Shown here piece by piece: positions 56,142-64,000 of a stretch of DNA of 64,000 bases. The notes below the pieces were generated by a model, which did not search any database, was not told the origin of the DNA, and saw only the letters and a list, made by a program, of their open reading frames with translations. The DNA is taken from positions 4,000,001 through 4,064,000 of the forward strand of contig OZ242374.1 of NCBI GenBank assembly GCA_965209055.1, given 5' to 3'. How positions within the stretch are numbered: the stretch's first letter is position 1; every line of letters begins with the position of its first letter. A program made the translations under genes and the position numbers. The stretch is from Acidobacteriota bacterium (GTDB lineage: Bacteria > Acidobacteriota > UBA6911 > RPQK01 > JAJDTT01).

Positions 56142-57575
56142 ATGAATCAGATCTACACCCTGTTCACCGTCATGACTCTCTCTCTGGCCACCGCCATCGC
56201 CGGCGTCATCGACATCGGCTCGCGCCGGGAGCTGTTCGTGGACCAGCACATGATCCACGAGATCACGGGCGACGCCCGCCTTCAATTGCATCGGCCCGAG
56301 CCACAGGAAGTGGTCCTCGTGACGGGCGAGCCCTGGGAGGGGAACACCAGCGCCTACTACACCATCTTCCAGGACGGCGATCTGTACCGCATGTACTACC
56401 GCGGATCGAACTGGGATGTGGAGGCCAGGAAGGCCACTCATCCGGAGGTGACCTGTTATGCCGAGAGCCGTGACGGGATCAATTGGACCAAGCCCAATCT
56501 GGGGATTGTGGAGTACGAAGGATCGAAACAGAACAACATCATCCTGGACGGGATCGGCACCCATTGTTTCGTTGCCTTCAAGGACGGCAATCCCGACGCT
56601 CCGCCGGAGGCGCGTTACAAGGGGATCTCCCGGGGCCGTCCTCTGGGAAAGAAGGGACTCTACGTCTACCAGTCTCCCGACGGCATCCATTGGAAACTGA
56701 TCCGGAACGAGCCGGTCATCACCGAAGGGGCATTCGATTCTCAGAATCTGGCTTTCTGGGATCCCCGAATCGGCAAGTACCGCGAGTACCACCGCATCTT
56801 CGTCAACCGGGTACGCGCCATCATGACCGGCACCTCCGACGACTTCGTCAACTGGACCGACCCAGTGCTCCTGAAATACCCGGGCGCGCCCAACCAGCAC
56901 CTCTACACCAACGCCATCCAGGCCTATCACCGGGCGCCCCACATCCTCATCGGATTTCCCACGCGCTATCTGCCTGACGAGGGGCAGCGGGTGGAGCCCA
57001 TCTTCATGGCCAGCCGCGACGGGCTCACCTTCCACCGTTGGAACGACCCGGTAATTCCCGAAACCGCGCCCAAGGACCGCGCGGGGAACCGCAGCAACTA
57101 CATGACTTGGGGCCTCCTGGAACTGCCGGACCGCCCCGGCGAGATGTCGGTGTACGCCTCCGAGGCGTACTACGAAGGGCCGGACACGCGGCTGCGGCGT
57201 TTCAGCTTTCGCAGCGACGGTTTCGTGTCGGCCAGCGGCGGCCCCGGAGGCGGGGATCTGGTCACCCACGCGCTCAAGTTCTCGGGCAGCCGTCTCGAGG
57301 TGAATTTCCGGGCCCGCCCTGGAGGTCAGCTTCGGGTGGAGTTTCAGGACCAGGAGGGCGCTCCGATACCGGGCTATTCCCTGGTCGATTGCCCGGCCCT
57401 GACCGGCGATTCAACCCGGATCATCGTCAACTGGAAGCAGTGTCCCTGCAGCCAGGAAACCCCCGGCGAAGAAGAGACGATCCAGCCCGACGTGGGATCC
57501 CTGGCCGGACAGACGATCCGGATCCGGTTCCGCTTGGAAAACGCGGACCTCTACTCCTTCCGCTTCAGCGATTGA
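56142..57575 (+). CDS. Secreted five-bladed beta-propeller glycoside hydrolase-like protein
   Basis: RELFVD; Asp-box-like AESRDGINW, SPDGIHW, TSDDFVNW and SRDGLTF; RSDGFVS; LYSFRF. Confidence 0.7.
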   Translation: MNQIYTLFTVMTLSLATAIAGVIDIGSRRELFVDQHMIHEITGDARLQLHRPEPQEVVLVTGEPWEGNTSAYYTIFQDGDLYRMYYRGSNWDVEARKATHPEVTCYAESRDGINWTKPNLGIVEYEGSKQNNIILDGIGTHCFVAFKDGNPDAPPEARYKGISRGRPLGKKGLYVYQSPDGIHWKLIRNEPVITEGAFDSQNLAFWDPRIGKYREYHRIFVNRVRAIMTGTSDDFVNWTDPVLLKYPGAPNQHLYTNAIQAYHRAPHILIGFPTRYLPDEGQRVEPIFMASRDGLTFHRWNDPVIPETAPKDRAGNRSNYMTWGLLELPDRPGEMSVYASEAYYEGPDTRLRRFSFRSDGFVSASGGPGGGDLVTHALKFSGSRLEVNFRARPGGQLRVEFQDQEGAPIPGYSLVDCPALTGDSTRIIVNWKQCPCSQETPGEEETIQPDVGSLAGQTIRIRFRLENADLYSFRFSD

Positions 57576-57630
57576 GGGTTCAAGGATGCCAGCGAGCGCA
57601 GGGGCGGCCCTCGTGGCCGCCCTTTGCCGT

Positions 57631-58578
57631 TCAGGCCGATCGGTCGGTGTGCAGCAGGTCGACCAACTGAAGAAAAAGGCGATCGCGGCGCGACTGCCGC
57701 TCCTCGATCCGTTCGGGAGTGTATTCGTAGATTCCCCGTCCGCTCTTGACTCCATAGTGCCCTTCCTGCACCAGGCGGCCCACGGCGGGCGGCAGCTTCC
57801 GGCTTGACGCGATCTCCTTCAGCAGGTGGCCGAAGACGTGCCCGGTGATGTCGAGGCCGGCGAAGTCCGCGATCTCGAAGGGTCCGGCTGCGGCCAGGCG
57901 GAGTCCGATGCTGGCGCTCACCGCCTGGTCGACCTGTTCCGGGGTGGCGACGCCCTGTTCCACCAGATCCCAGATCTCCCGGAAGACGGCGGCCTGAATC
58001 CGGTTGACCAGGAACCCGGGAACTTCCTTGTGAAGCCGGATCGCCAGCTTGCCGTTCCGCTCCAGCAGGTCCATGGTCCTCCCAACGGTTTCCTCATCGG
58101 TCTCGCGGCCGGGCACGACTTCCACCAGGGGGATGATGTGGGGCGGATTGAACCAGTGGGTGACCAGCGTCCGTTGGGGATGCCGGAGACTGCGGGCCAT
58201 CTCGGTCATGGGAAAGGTGGAGGTGTTGCTGGCCAGGACCGTCTCCTGGGAAACGAGATCCTCCAGCCGTTTGAACAGATCCTTCTTCGTGGGAAGATCT
58301 TCCCGGATCGCCTCCACGACGAAATCGGCTCCCTGGACGGATGGTTCCAACTCGGAGACAACCTCGATCCGGCCGAGCACCACCTCCGGATCCAGTCCCG
58401 GGGGGAGCCCCAGCCGGGCCTTCTGTTCCATGTTGCCGCGGATCCGGTCCTTCAGCGTGTCCCGCGCCCGGGCTGCGGAATCGTAGCAGCGGACGCGATG
58501 GCCGGTTGAGGCGAAGATCTGGGCGATCCCGTGCCCCATGGTTCCCAGGCCCAGTACGGCGATACGTTCGGAAGCCAT
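57631..58578 (-). CDS. 3-hydroxyacyl-CoA dehydrogenase family protein
   Basis: GLGTMGHGIA, VEAIRE, ASNTS, HWFNPP and PGFLVNR motifs. Confidence 0.92.
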   Translation of the reverse strand: MASERIAVLGLGTMGHGIAQIFASTGHRVRCYDSAARARDTLKDRIRGNMEQKARLGLPPGLDPEVVLGRIEVVSELEPSVQGADFVVEAIREDLPTKKDLFKRLEDLVSQETVLASNTSTFPMTEMARSLRHPQRTLVTHWFNPPHIIPLVEVVPGRETDEETVGRTMDLLERNGKLAIRLHKEVPGFLVNRIQAAVFREIWDLVEQGVATPEQVDQAVSASIGLRLAAAGPFEIADFAGLDITGHVFGHLLKEIASSRKLPPAVGRLVQEGHYGVKSGRGIYEYTPERIEERQSRRDRLFLQLVDLLHTDRSA

Positions 58579-58583
58579 GGGAC

Positions 58584-59570
58584 TCAACTCGTTCCGGCGC
58601 CGGACGCGACGGTCGCCCGTCCCATGATCTGACCGATGATGTCCAGGCCGACCTTCTCGCTCCAGGCGTCCATGAGGCGGTGGTAAACAGGTCCGCCGGC
58701 CTTGCCGTCCCCGATGACCGCCCCGTTGATCCGGGTCACCGGAGCAAGGCAATAGGGTGTGGTCAGAAGGAGCGCCTCGTCGGCGTTCATCACGTCGTAG
58801 ACTTGGAAGTCCCGCTGCTCGAAGGGAATGCCCAACTCCCGGCAGAGCTCGGAGACGGTCAGCAGGGTCACTCCCGGCAGGGTGTTGCGAGAGGTAGGAG
58901 CGACGACTGCGCCATCCTGCACGATGGCGAAGTTTGAGCCGCTGGTCTCAGTCACGTTTCCGTCCAGATCCAGCAACAGAGTGATTCCCCGGGGATCCAC
59001 CTGTTGGGTCTCCTGGTCCGCCAGCCACATGTGCATTCGGCTGCGATGTTTGATCTTGGAGTCCACGCATTGAGGAGGGTAGTGGCGGATCGAGGGAGTG
59101 ACCACGTGAGCCCCCTCCGTGAAGAGATGGGTGAAGGCCTCGAACGGAACGGGGAAGGTGTGGATGCATAGGGTGGGCACCATCTGCTTGGGGGTTCCAG
59201 GCAGTGCGGAATAGGAGGCGATCTCCCCGGCCGTCATGAAGTGAACCAGCGATAGTTCCCGGTCGGGAGGAAGGAGCCTCGTGTTGTGGCGGACCAGTTC
59301 CCGGGAGATCTCCTCTGTCCGGTCCCGGCCGAAGGGAGGCTGGATCCGGGTGTACCGGGCTGACCGGTAGAACCGGTCGACGTGATCTTCCAACCGGAAG
59401 GGTTTGTGGTGGAACGTACGCGTCATGTCCGTCACGGTGGCTCCCAGGATGATTCCTGCGTCGAATATGGCAATGGAGGCCTGGGAAGCCGGGACCATTC
59501 GGTCCTTGAGGAAGACCAGCGGTTCCTGGCCGGCGCCGGAGTCCGGAATGAGGGGAATCTGGCTTGACAT
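58584..59570 (-). CDS. Class IV aminotransferase (IlvE/PabC-like)
   Basis: FRLEDHVDRF, KIKHRSR, ETSGSNF and LPGVT motifs. Confidence 0.9.
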   Translation of the reverse strand: MSSQIPLIPDSGAGQEPLVFLKDRMVPASQASIAIFDAGIILGATVTDMTRTFHHKPFRLEDHVDRFYRSARYTRIQPPFGRDRTEEISRELVRHNTRLLPPDRELSLVHFMTAGEIASYSALPGTPKQMVPTLCIHTFPVPFEAFTHLFTEGAHVVTPSIRHYPPQCVDSKIKHRSRMHMWLADQETQQVDPRGITLLLDLDGNVTETSGSNFAIVQDGAVVAPTSRNTLPGVTLLTVSELCRELGIPFEQRDFQVYDVMNADEALLLTTPYCLAPVTRINGAVIGDGKAGGPVYHRLMDAWSEKVGLDIIGQIMGRATVASGAGTS

Positions 59571-59573
59571 GGT

Positions 59574-60563
59574 TTAGAGCTCCGTTCCTATGTGTTGTTC
59601 CTGAATCTCCTGAACGCGAGCGATCGATGACGGGTCAAACTCCAGGCCGGCCGCTTGCAGATTATCCTCCAGCTCGGCGATGGTCATGGCGCCAGGAATG
59701 GTTGTCGCGACCTGGTCCTGGGAGATGCAGTAGCCCAGAGCGGCTTGTGCAGGAGAGCAACCCAGTTTGCGGTGGAGGAAGTGGAAGCGTTCCGAAGCTT
59801 CGACCAGGGACAGATGCCTCTCACGCGGCCAGGTGGATCGAACGTCCGAAGTGGAGTCGAATACCGTATCCTGCGTGAATCGGCCGGTCAGATAGCCGAA
59901 GAAAAAGGGCTCGCGGCAGACGACGCCCACATCCAGTCGTTTGAGTCTGGGGAGGATACGCCGCCGGGCGCTCCAGCTCAGCAGATTGAACCGGAGTTGG
60001 ACGACTTCCACTTCTCCCTCTTCGCAAAGCGGCAGGAAGAAGGATTCGCTCTCCTCGTGGGATGCGGGGAACGAGATCCCGTAGGCGCGAATGATCCCCC
60101 GCCTCTTGAGTTCCTTGAGGGCCGCCAATCCCGAAGGTTGATAGAGGCCGGCTTCGGGGGAGTGCAGCACGTAGACGTCGATGTATTCGGTGCCGAGGCG
60201 CTCCAGGGACTCCTCGTAGTGAGCCATGATGTAGTCGCCCGAGTAGTCGCTGGTATAGCGCTTGTCCTTCAGGAATATTCCCACCTTGGTGGAGACGATG
60301 ACCTCTTCCCGCCGGTTCCGGATGGCCTGTCCCACCAGCCGCTCGGAATGGCCGTCGCCGTACCAGGGGGCCGTGTCCAGGAAGTTGACTCCCTGATCCA
60401 GGGCTTGGCGGAGCATTCGCAACGATTCGGCATCGTCCACCCGGCCGTACCCCGAGATGGTCCCGTCCCGCTCCATGGGCCCCCCGATCCCCCAGCATCC
60501 CAGGCCCACGACCGAAACCTGCATGCCGGTCCTGCCCAGCCGTTTGGTCCTCAGTCGGCTCAT
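59574..60563 (-). CDS. Aldo/keto reductase
   Basis: GLGCWGIGG, DTAPWYGDGHSE, STKVG and SLERLGTEYID motifs. Confidence 0.92.
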   Translation of the reverse strand: MSRLRTKRLGRTGMQVSVVGLGCWGIGGPMERDGTISGYGRVDDAESLRMLRQALDQGVNFLDTAPWYGDGHSERLVGQAIRNRREEVIVSTKVGIFLKDKRYTSDYSGDYIMAHYEESLERLGTEYIDVYVLHSPEAGLYQPSGLAALKELKRRGIIRAYGISFPASHEESESFFLPLCEEGEVEVVQLRFNLLSWSARRRILPRLKRLDVGVVCREPFFFGYLTGRFTQDTVFDSTSDVRSTWPRERHLSLVEASERFHFLHRKLGCSPAQAALGYCISQDQVATTIPGAMTIAELEDNLQAAGLEFDPSSIARVQEIQEQHIGTEL

Positions 60564-60738
60564 GATCCGTAAGTGTAGCAGTCCGGAGCGAAAGTCTCGT
60601 CTCCTGGCGGTGGACACGCGACGGTCTGATCCGGACGCTTCGCGCCGGACCGAATTGAATCGGATGAGCCGCCCAAATAAAATGGGTAACAGCCGTTTGG
60701 GCGGTCGGAACCGGATGACTGTCGGCGGAAAGATCGCG

Positions 60739-62169
60739 ATGAGGACCCGCACACACTTTCCCCTCGGCAGCGCTGAGCGCCCCCTCCGCGTTGCCATCGT
60801 CGGCTCGGGGCCGTCCGGTTTCTACGCCGCCGACGCTCTCTTCAAGCAAAAGGGTGTGCATCTGCGCATCGACATGTTCGAGCGCATGGCCATGCCGTAC
60901 GGGCTGGTTCGTTACGGAGTGGCGCCGGACCACCAGAGCATCAAGCGGGTCATCCGAAGCTACGCGATGACGGCGCGTGACCCTCGGTTCAGGTTCTTCG
61001 GCAACGTTCAGGTGGGGCACGACCTGCCGGTGGAGCAGTTGCGCAAGCACTTCGACCAGGTTGTCTACGCTTTTGGGTGCAGTTCGGACCGGCGGTTGGG
61101 CATCCCGGGGGAGGACCTTCCGGGCAGTCACACGGCGACGGAGTTCGTGGCCTGGTACAACGGGCATCCCGATCACCGCAAGGACCGGTTCGACCTCTCC
61201 GGCAGCCGGGTGGCCGTGGTGGGTGTCGGCAACGTGGCCATGGACGTGACCCGGATTCTGGTCAAGGATCCGGAGGAGCTGGCCTCCACCGACATCGCCC
61301 ACTACGCTCTGGACACCCTGCGCAAGAGCAGAATCAAGGAAGTCCTGGTCCTGGGACGCCGGGGACCGGTCCAGGCCAAGTTCACTCCCAAGGAAATCCA
61401 GGAGATCGGGAGTCTGCCGGACGTGGACGTGATGGTGCGGAAGCGTGACCTGGAGCTGGACGATTATTCTCTGGACGAGATGCGGGCAAAAAAGCCGGCG
61501 CAACGCAACGTGCAGTACATGATGGAGCGGGCCCGGCTGGGGGCCCAAGGGGGGTCGCGCCGCGTCCTCTTGCAGTTTCTTGCTTCGCCGGTAGAGATCC
61601 TCTCCACCAATGGGAGGGTGAGTGCAGTACGGGTCGAGCGAAATCGGCTTCTGGCCGACGAGCAGGGCTGGGTCCGGTCCGTGGGGACGGGAGTCAGCGA
61701 AATCGTCCCCATCGATCTCGTGTTCCGGTCCGTGGGTTACCGCGGTGTGCCCCTTCCGGGAATCCCGTTCGATGATCGTAAAGGGGTCATTCCCAGCGCC
61801 CATGGACGTGTCCTGAACCGCCGCGTTGAAGCGAACGGCACAAGCGAGTACGTCGTGGGTTGGATCAAGCGCGGACCCACCGGGCTCATCGGAACCAACA
61901 AGGGAGATTCGGCGGAAACCGTTCGCAGCATGATGGAGGATGTCCGCGGCAGGGAAGCCCTGCCGCTTTCCGAAGGTGCGGACGAAGCCGTGTCACGCCT
62001 CCTGCTGAAGCAGGGAATTCGGCCGATTCGGTTCTCGGACTGGAGCATCATCGACCGGGAAGAGCAGGAGCGGGGCCGTCGCCGAGGCAAGCTGAGAGAG
62101 AAGATCACCGATCCGACGGAAATCGCCAGTTTGCTGGACGGCCGGCGCCGGCGCGCAGCGGTCGGCTGA
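60739..62169 (+). CDS. Ferredoxin-NADP+ reductase, adrenodoxin reductase/FprA type
   Basis: GSGPSGFY, GLVRYGVAPDH, GVGNVAMD, GRRG and GWIKRGPTGLIGTN motifs. Confidence 0.9.
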   Translation: MRTRTHFPLGSAERPLRVAIVGSGPSGFYAADALFKQKGVHLRIDMFERMAMPYGLVRYGVAPDHQSIKRVIRSYAMTARDPRFRFFGNVQVGHDLPVEQLRKHFDQVVYAFGCSSDRRLGIPGEDLPGSHTATEFVAWYNGHPDHRKDRFDLSGSRVAVVGVGNVAMDVTRILVKDPEELASTDIAHYALDTLRKSRIKEVLVLGRRGPVQAKFTPKEIQEIGSLPDVDVMVRKRDLELDDYSLDEMRAKKPAQRNVQYMMERARLGAQGGSRRVLLQFLASPVEILSTNGRVSAVRVERNRLLADEQGWVRSVGTGVSEIVPIDLVFRSVGYRGVPLPGIPFDDRKGVIPSAHGRVLNRRVEANGTSEYVVGWIKRGPTGLIGTNKGDSAETVRSMMEDVRGREALPLSEGADEAVSRLLLKQGIRPIRFSDWSIIDREEQERGRRRGKLREKITDPTEIASLLDGRRRRAAVG

Positions 62170-62237
62170 AACGCCGGCAGTTCCGAGGCGGATTTCCCAG
62201 CCGAACAGGCGTTCCCGAAAAAAGAGAGGATGAGGAC

Positions 62238-63329
62238 ATGGGAACCATTCGCCGTCGCGAGTTCGGTCAGGTCCTGGCGGCCACCGGGTTGGGGCTCGCG
62301 ACCGGAACTGCCCGTTCCGAGGCCGCCGGCCGGAAGGAAAACCGCATCCCGCTGGGGTTCGACAACTACTCCATTCGGGCGCTGGAATGGAAGGCGCCGC
62401 GCCTGATCGAGTATGCCGCCGAGCTGGGATTGGACTCCTGCCTGCTCTCGGACCTCTACGTCTACGACAGTCACGAAGAGTCCTATCTCGGCGAAATTCG
62501 GGCGCAGGCGGAAGGCGCCGGCATCCAACTTCACGTCGGGACGGGAAGCATCTGTCCCACCTCTTCCAGTTTCAAGACCGATTTCGGCAGCGCGGAGGAA
62601 CATCTGGCGCTCACCATCCGGATCGCCCGGATTCTGGGGTCGCCGGTGGCCCGCTGCTTCCTGGGCAGCCGCCAGGATCGCCTGGGGCCCGAGGGAATCG
62701 AACCCCACATGAAAAGCACCGTCCAGGTGTTTCGGAAACTGCGGGGCCCGGCGCTGGAAGCGGGAGTCCGCATCGCCATCGAGAACCACGCCGGCGACAT
62801 GCAGGCCCGGGAAACGGTCCGGGTCATCGAAGAGGCGGGGACCGATTTCGTGGGCGCGACGGTGGATTCGGGAAACGCCACCTGGAGTCTGGAAGATCCG
62901 GTCCGAAACCTGGAGATCCTGGGTCCCTACGCCGCCTCCAGCGGCATCCGGGATTCCATGGTCTGGGAGGACGAAGCCGGTGCCCGGGTCCAGTGGGCGG
63001 CGATGGGGGACGGCTGCGTCGACCTGGAGGCCTACATGGATCGGTTCGCCCGGCTCTGTCCCGGCGTCCCGATCCAGCTGGAGACCATTTCCGGGGTGCA
63101 GAGATCCGTTCCCTATCTGGAGCGGGACTTCTGGAATCCGTACCCGGCGGCCCTGGCCCAGGATTTCGCCGCCTTCGTGGCCCTGGCCAGGCGGGGCACG
63201 CCGTTGAAGGCGTTTGCGGTTCCTGAGGACGCCGATGCCCAAGAGGCCACTGCCGCTTTCCAGAAGGCGGAGTTGGAGCGCAGCGTGAGATACTGCAAGG
63301 AGGTCCTGGGGCTGGGTTTGAAGTCATAG
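62238..63329 (+). CDS. Tat-exported sugar phosphate isomerase/epimerase (xylose isomerase-like TIM barrel)
   Basis: RRREF leader; IAIENH, DSGN and GDG motifs. Confidence 0.85.
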   Translation: MGTIRRREFGQVLAATGLGLATGTARSEAAGRKENRIPLGFDNYSIRALEWKAPRLIEYAAELGLDSCLLSDLYVYDSHEESYLGEIRAQAEGAGIQLHVGTGSICPTSSSFKTDFGSAEEHLALTIRIARILGSPVARCFLGSRQDRLGPEGIEPHMKSTVQVFRKLRGPALEAGVRIAIENHAGDMQARETVRVIEEAGTDFVGATVDSGNATWSLEDPVRNLEILGPYAASSGIRDSMVWEDEAGARVQWAAMGDGCVDLEAYMDRFARLCPGVPIQLETISGVQRSVPYLERDFWNPYPAALAQDFAAFVALARRGTPLKAFAVPEDADAQEATAAFQKAELERSVRYCKEVLGLGLKS

Positions 63330-63361
63330 CTACGGTCCGTCGAGGAGGTGTGAACCGGAAA

Positions 63362-64000
63362 ATGCAGATCACCAAAGTCGATTCCTACATCGTGGAAAAT
63401 CCCTGGAATCCCTGGTTTTTCGTGCGAGTGGAGACGGATACGGGGGTCGTCGGCGTCGGCGAGGGGATCGGGTACCACTGGTCCCTGGCGTCCCAAGCCT
63501 ATCTGCGCCAGAACGGGGAGCATCTTTTCCTGGGACGGGACCCCCACGACATCGAGAAGATGGTCCTGGACACCCGCCAGATGCTGGGGATCGATCGGGG
63601 CCTGGGGATGGTGGAGAGGAGCGCTCTTTCCGCCGTGGAGCAGGCCTGCTGGGACATTCTGGGGAAGCACTACGGAGTCCCGGTCTACAAGTTGCTGGGC
63701 GGCAAGGTCCGCGACCGGATCCGCGTCTACGCCAACGGCTGGTACAACGACTTCGACGTCCGTGATGCCGGCCAATGGGCGGCCAAGGCCAAAAAACTGG
63801 TGGATCAGGGCTACACGGCGCTCAAGTTCGATCCTTTCGGGGCCGCCTACCGGCGTCTCGAACCGTCCGAGTTCCGCCTGGCCGTGGACATCGTCGCCGC
63901 GGTTCGCGAGGCCACCGGGCCCGACACGGGTTTGATCGTGGAGGCGCACGCCCGGTTCCATCCCGAAGCCGCGATTCAGTTCGGCAAGGCCATGGAGCCG
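63362..64000 (+). CDS. Mandelate racemase/muconate lactonizing enzyme family (galactonate dehydratase-like), partial
   Basis: Read manually: MQITKVDSY...VRVETDTGVVGVGE...SAVEQACWDILGK...LLGG...YANGW...KFDPF...EAH; runs off the right edge. Confidence 0.88.
   Translation, partial: MQITKVDSYIVENPWNPWFFVRVETDTGVVGVGEGIGYHWSLASQAYLRQNGEHLFLGRDPHDIEKMVLDTRQMLGIDRGLGMVERSALSAVEQACWDILGKHYGVPVYKLLGGKVRDRIRVYANGWYNDFDVRDAGQWAAKAKKLVDQGYTALKFDPFGAAYRRLEPSEFRLAVDIVAAVREATGPDTGLIVEAHARFHPEAAIQFGKAMEP

Noticed and set aside
18735-61803. Long antisense ORFs (18735..20927, 24673..26292, 39488..42229, 49509..51143, 52675..54495, 59821..61803 and others)
   Set aside because: Expected shadows of GC-rich genes; no recognizable motifs
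1-64000. CRISPR array, tRNA or rRNA genes
   Set aside because: No regularly spaced repeats and no recognizable tRNA/rRNA seen by eye; FG-GAP and TPR repeats are protein-level

Overview
GC-rich bacterial chromosome segment. The gene content (TonB receptor, CRTAC1/ASPIC-UnbV, TPR, PSD1/DUF1501, DUF6677 and DUF3500 proteins) suggests an Acidobacteriota-like organism; this is inference. The backbone encodes secreted/TPR proteins, transporters and carbohydrate/central metabolism enzymes, and is interrupted by several accessory inserts. (1) A complete IS1595-family element (13206-15655; perfect 22-bp TIRs, exact 8-bp TSD) carries a DNA methyltransferase-Mrr-like passenger. (2) A catalytically intact TnpB with a 3' structured-RNA region is bounded by 23-bp terminal inverted repeats and a degenerate 8-bp duplication that look IS1595-like, not by classic IS200/IS605 ends (32114-33368). 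This is the best candidate for an undescribed system. (3) There are at least six intact or decayed toxin-antitoxin modules and a tandem pair of HNH nucleases that look modification-dependent. Other observations are a 30-bp ectopic copy of a DUF1501 gene fragment, a REPIN-like repeat at two loci, an FHA-like insertion in a sodium:solute symporter, a cysteine-less SCO fusion and a heme c-fused PHM-like copper monooxygenase. All calls come from reading motifs by eye; no searches were run. Many long ORFs in the supplied track are antisense shadows.
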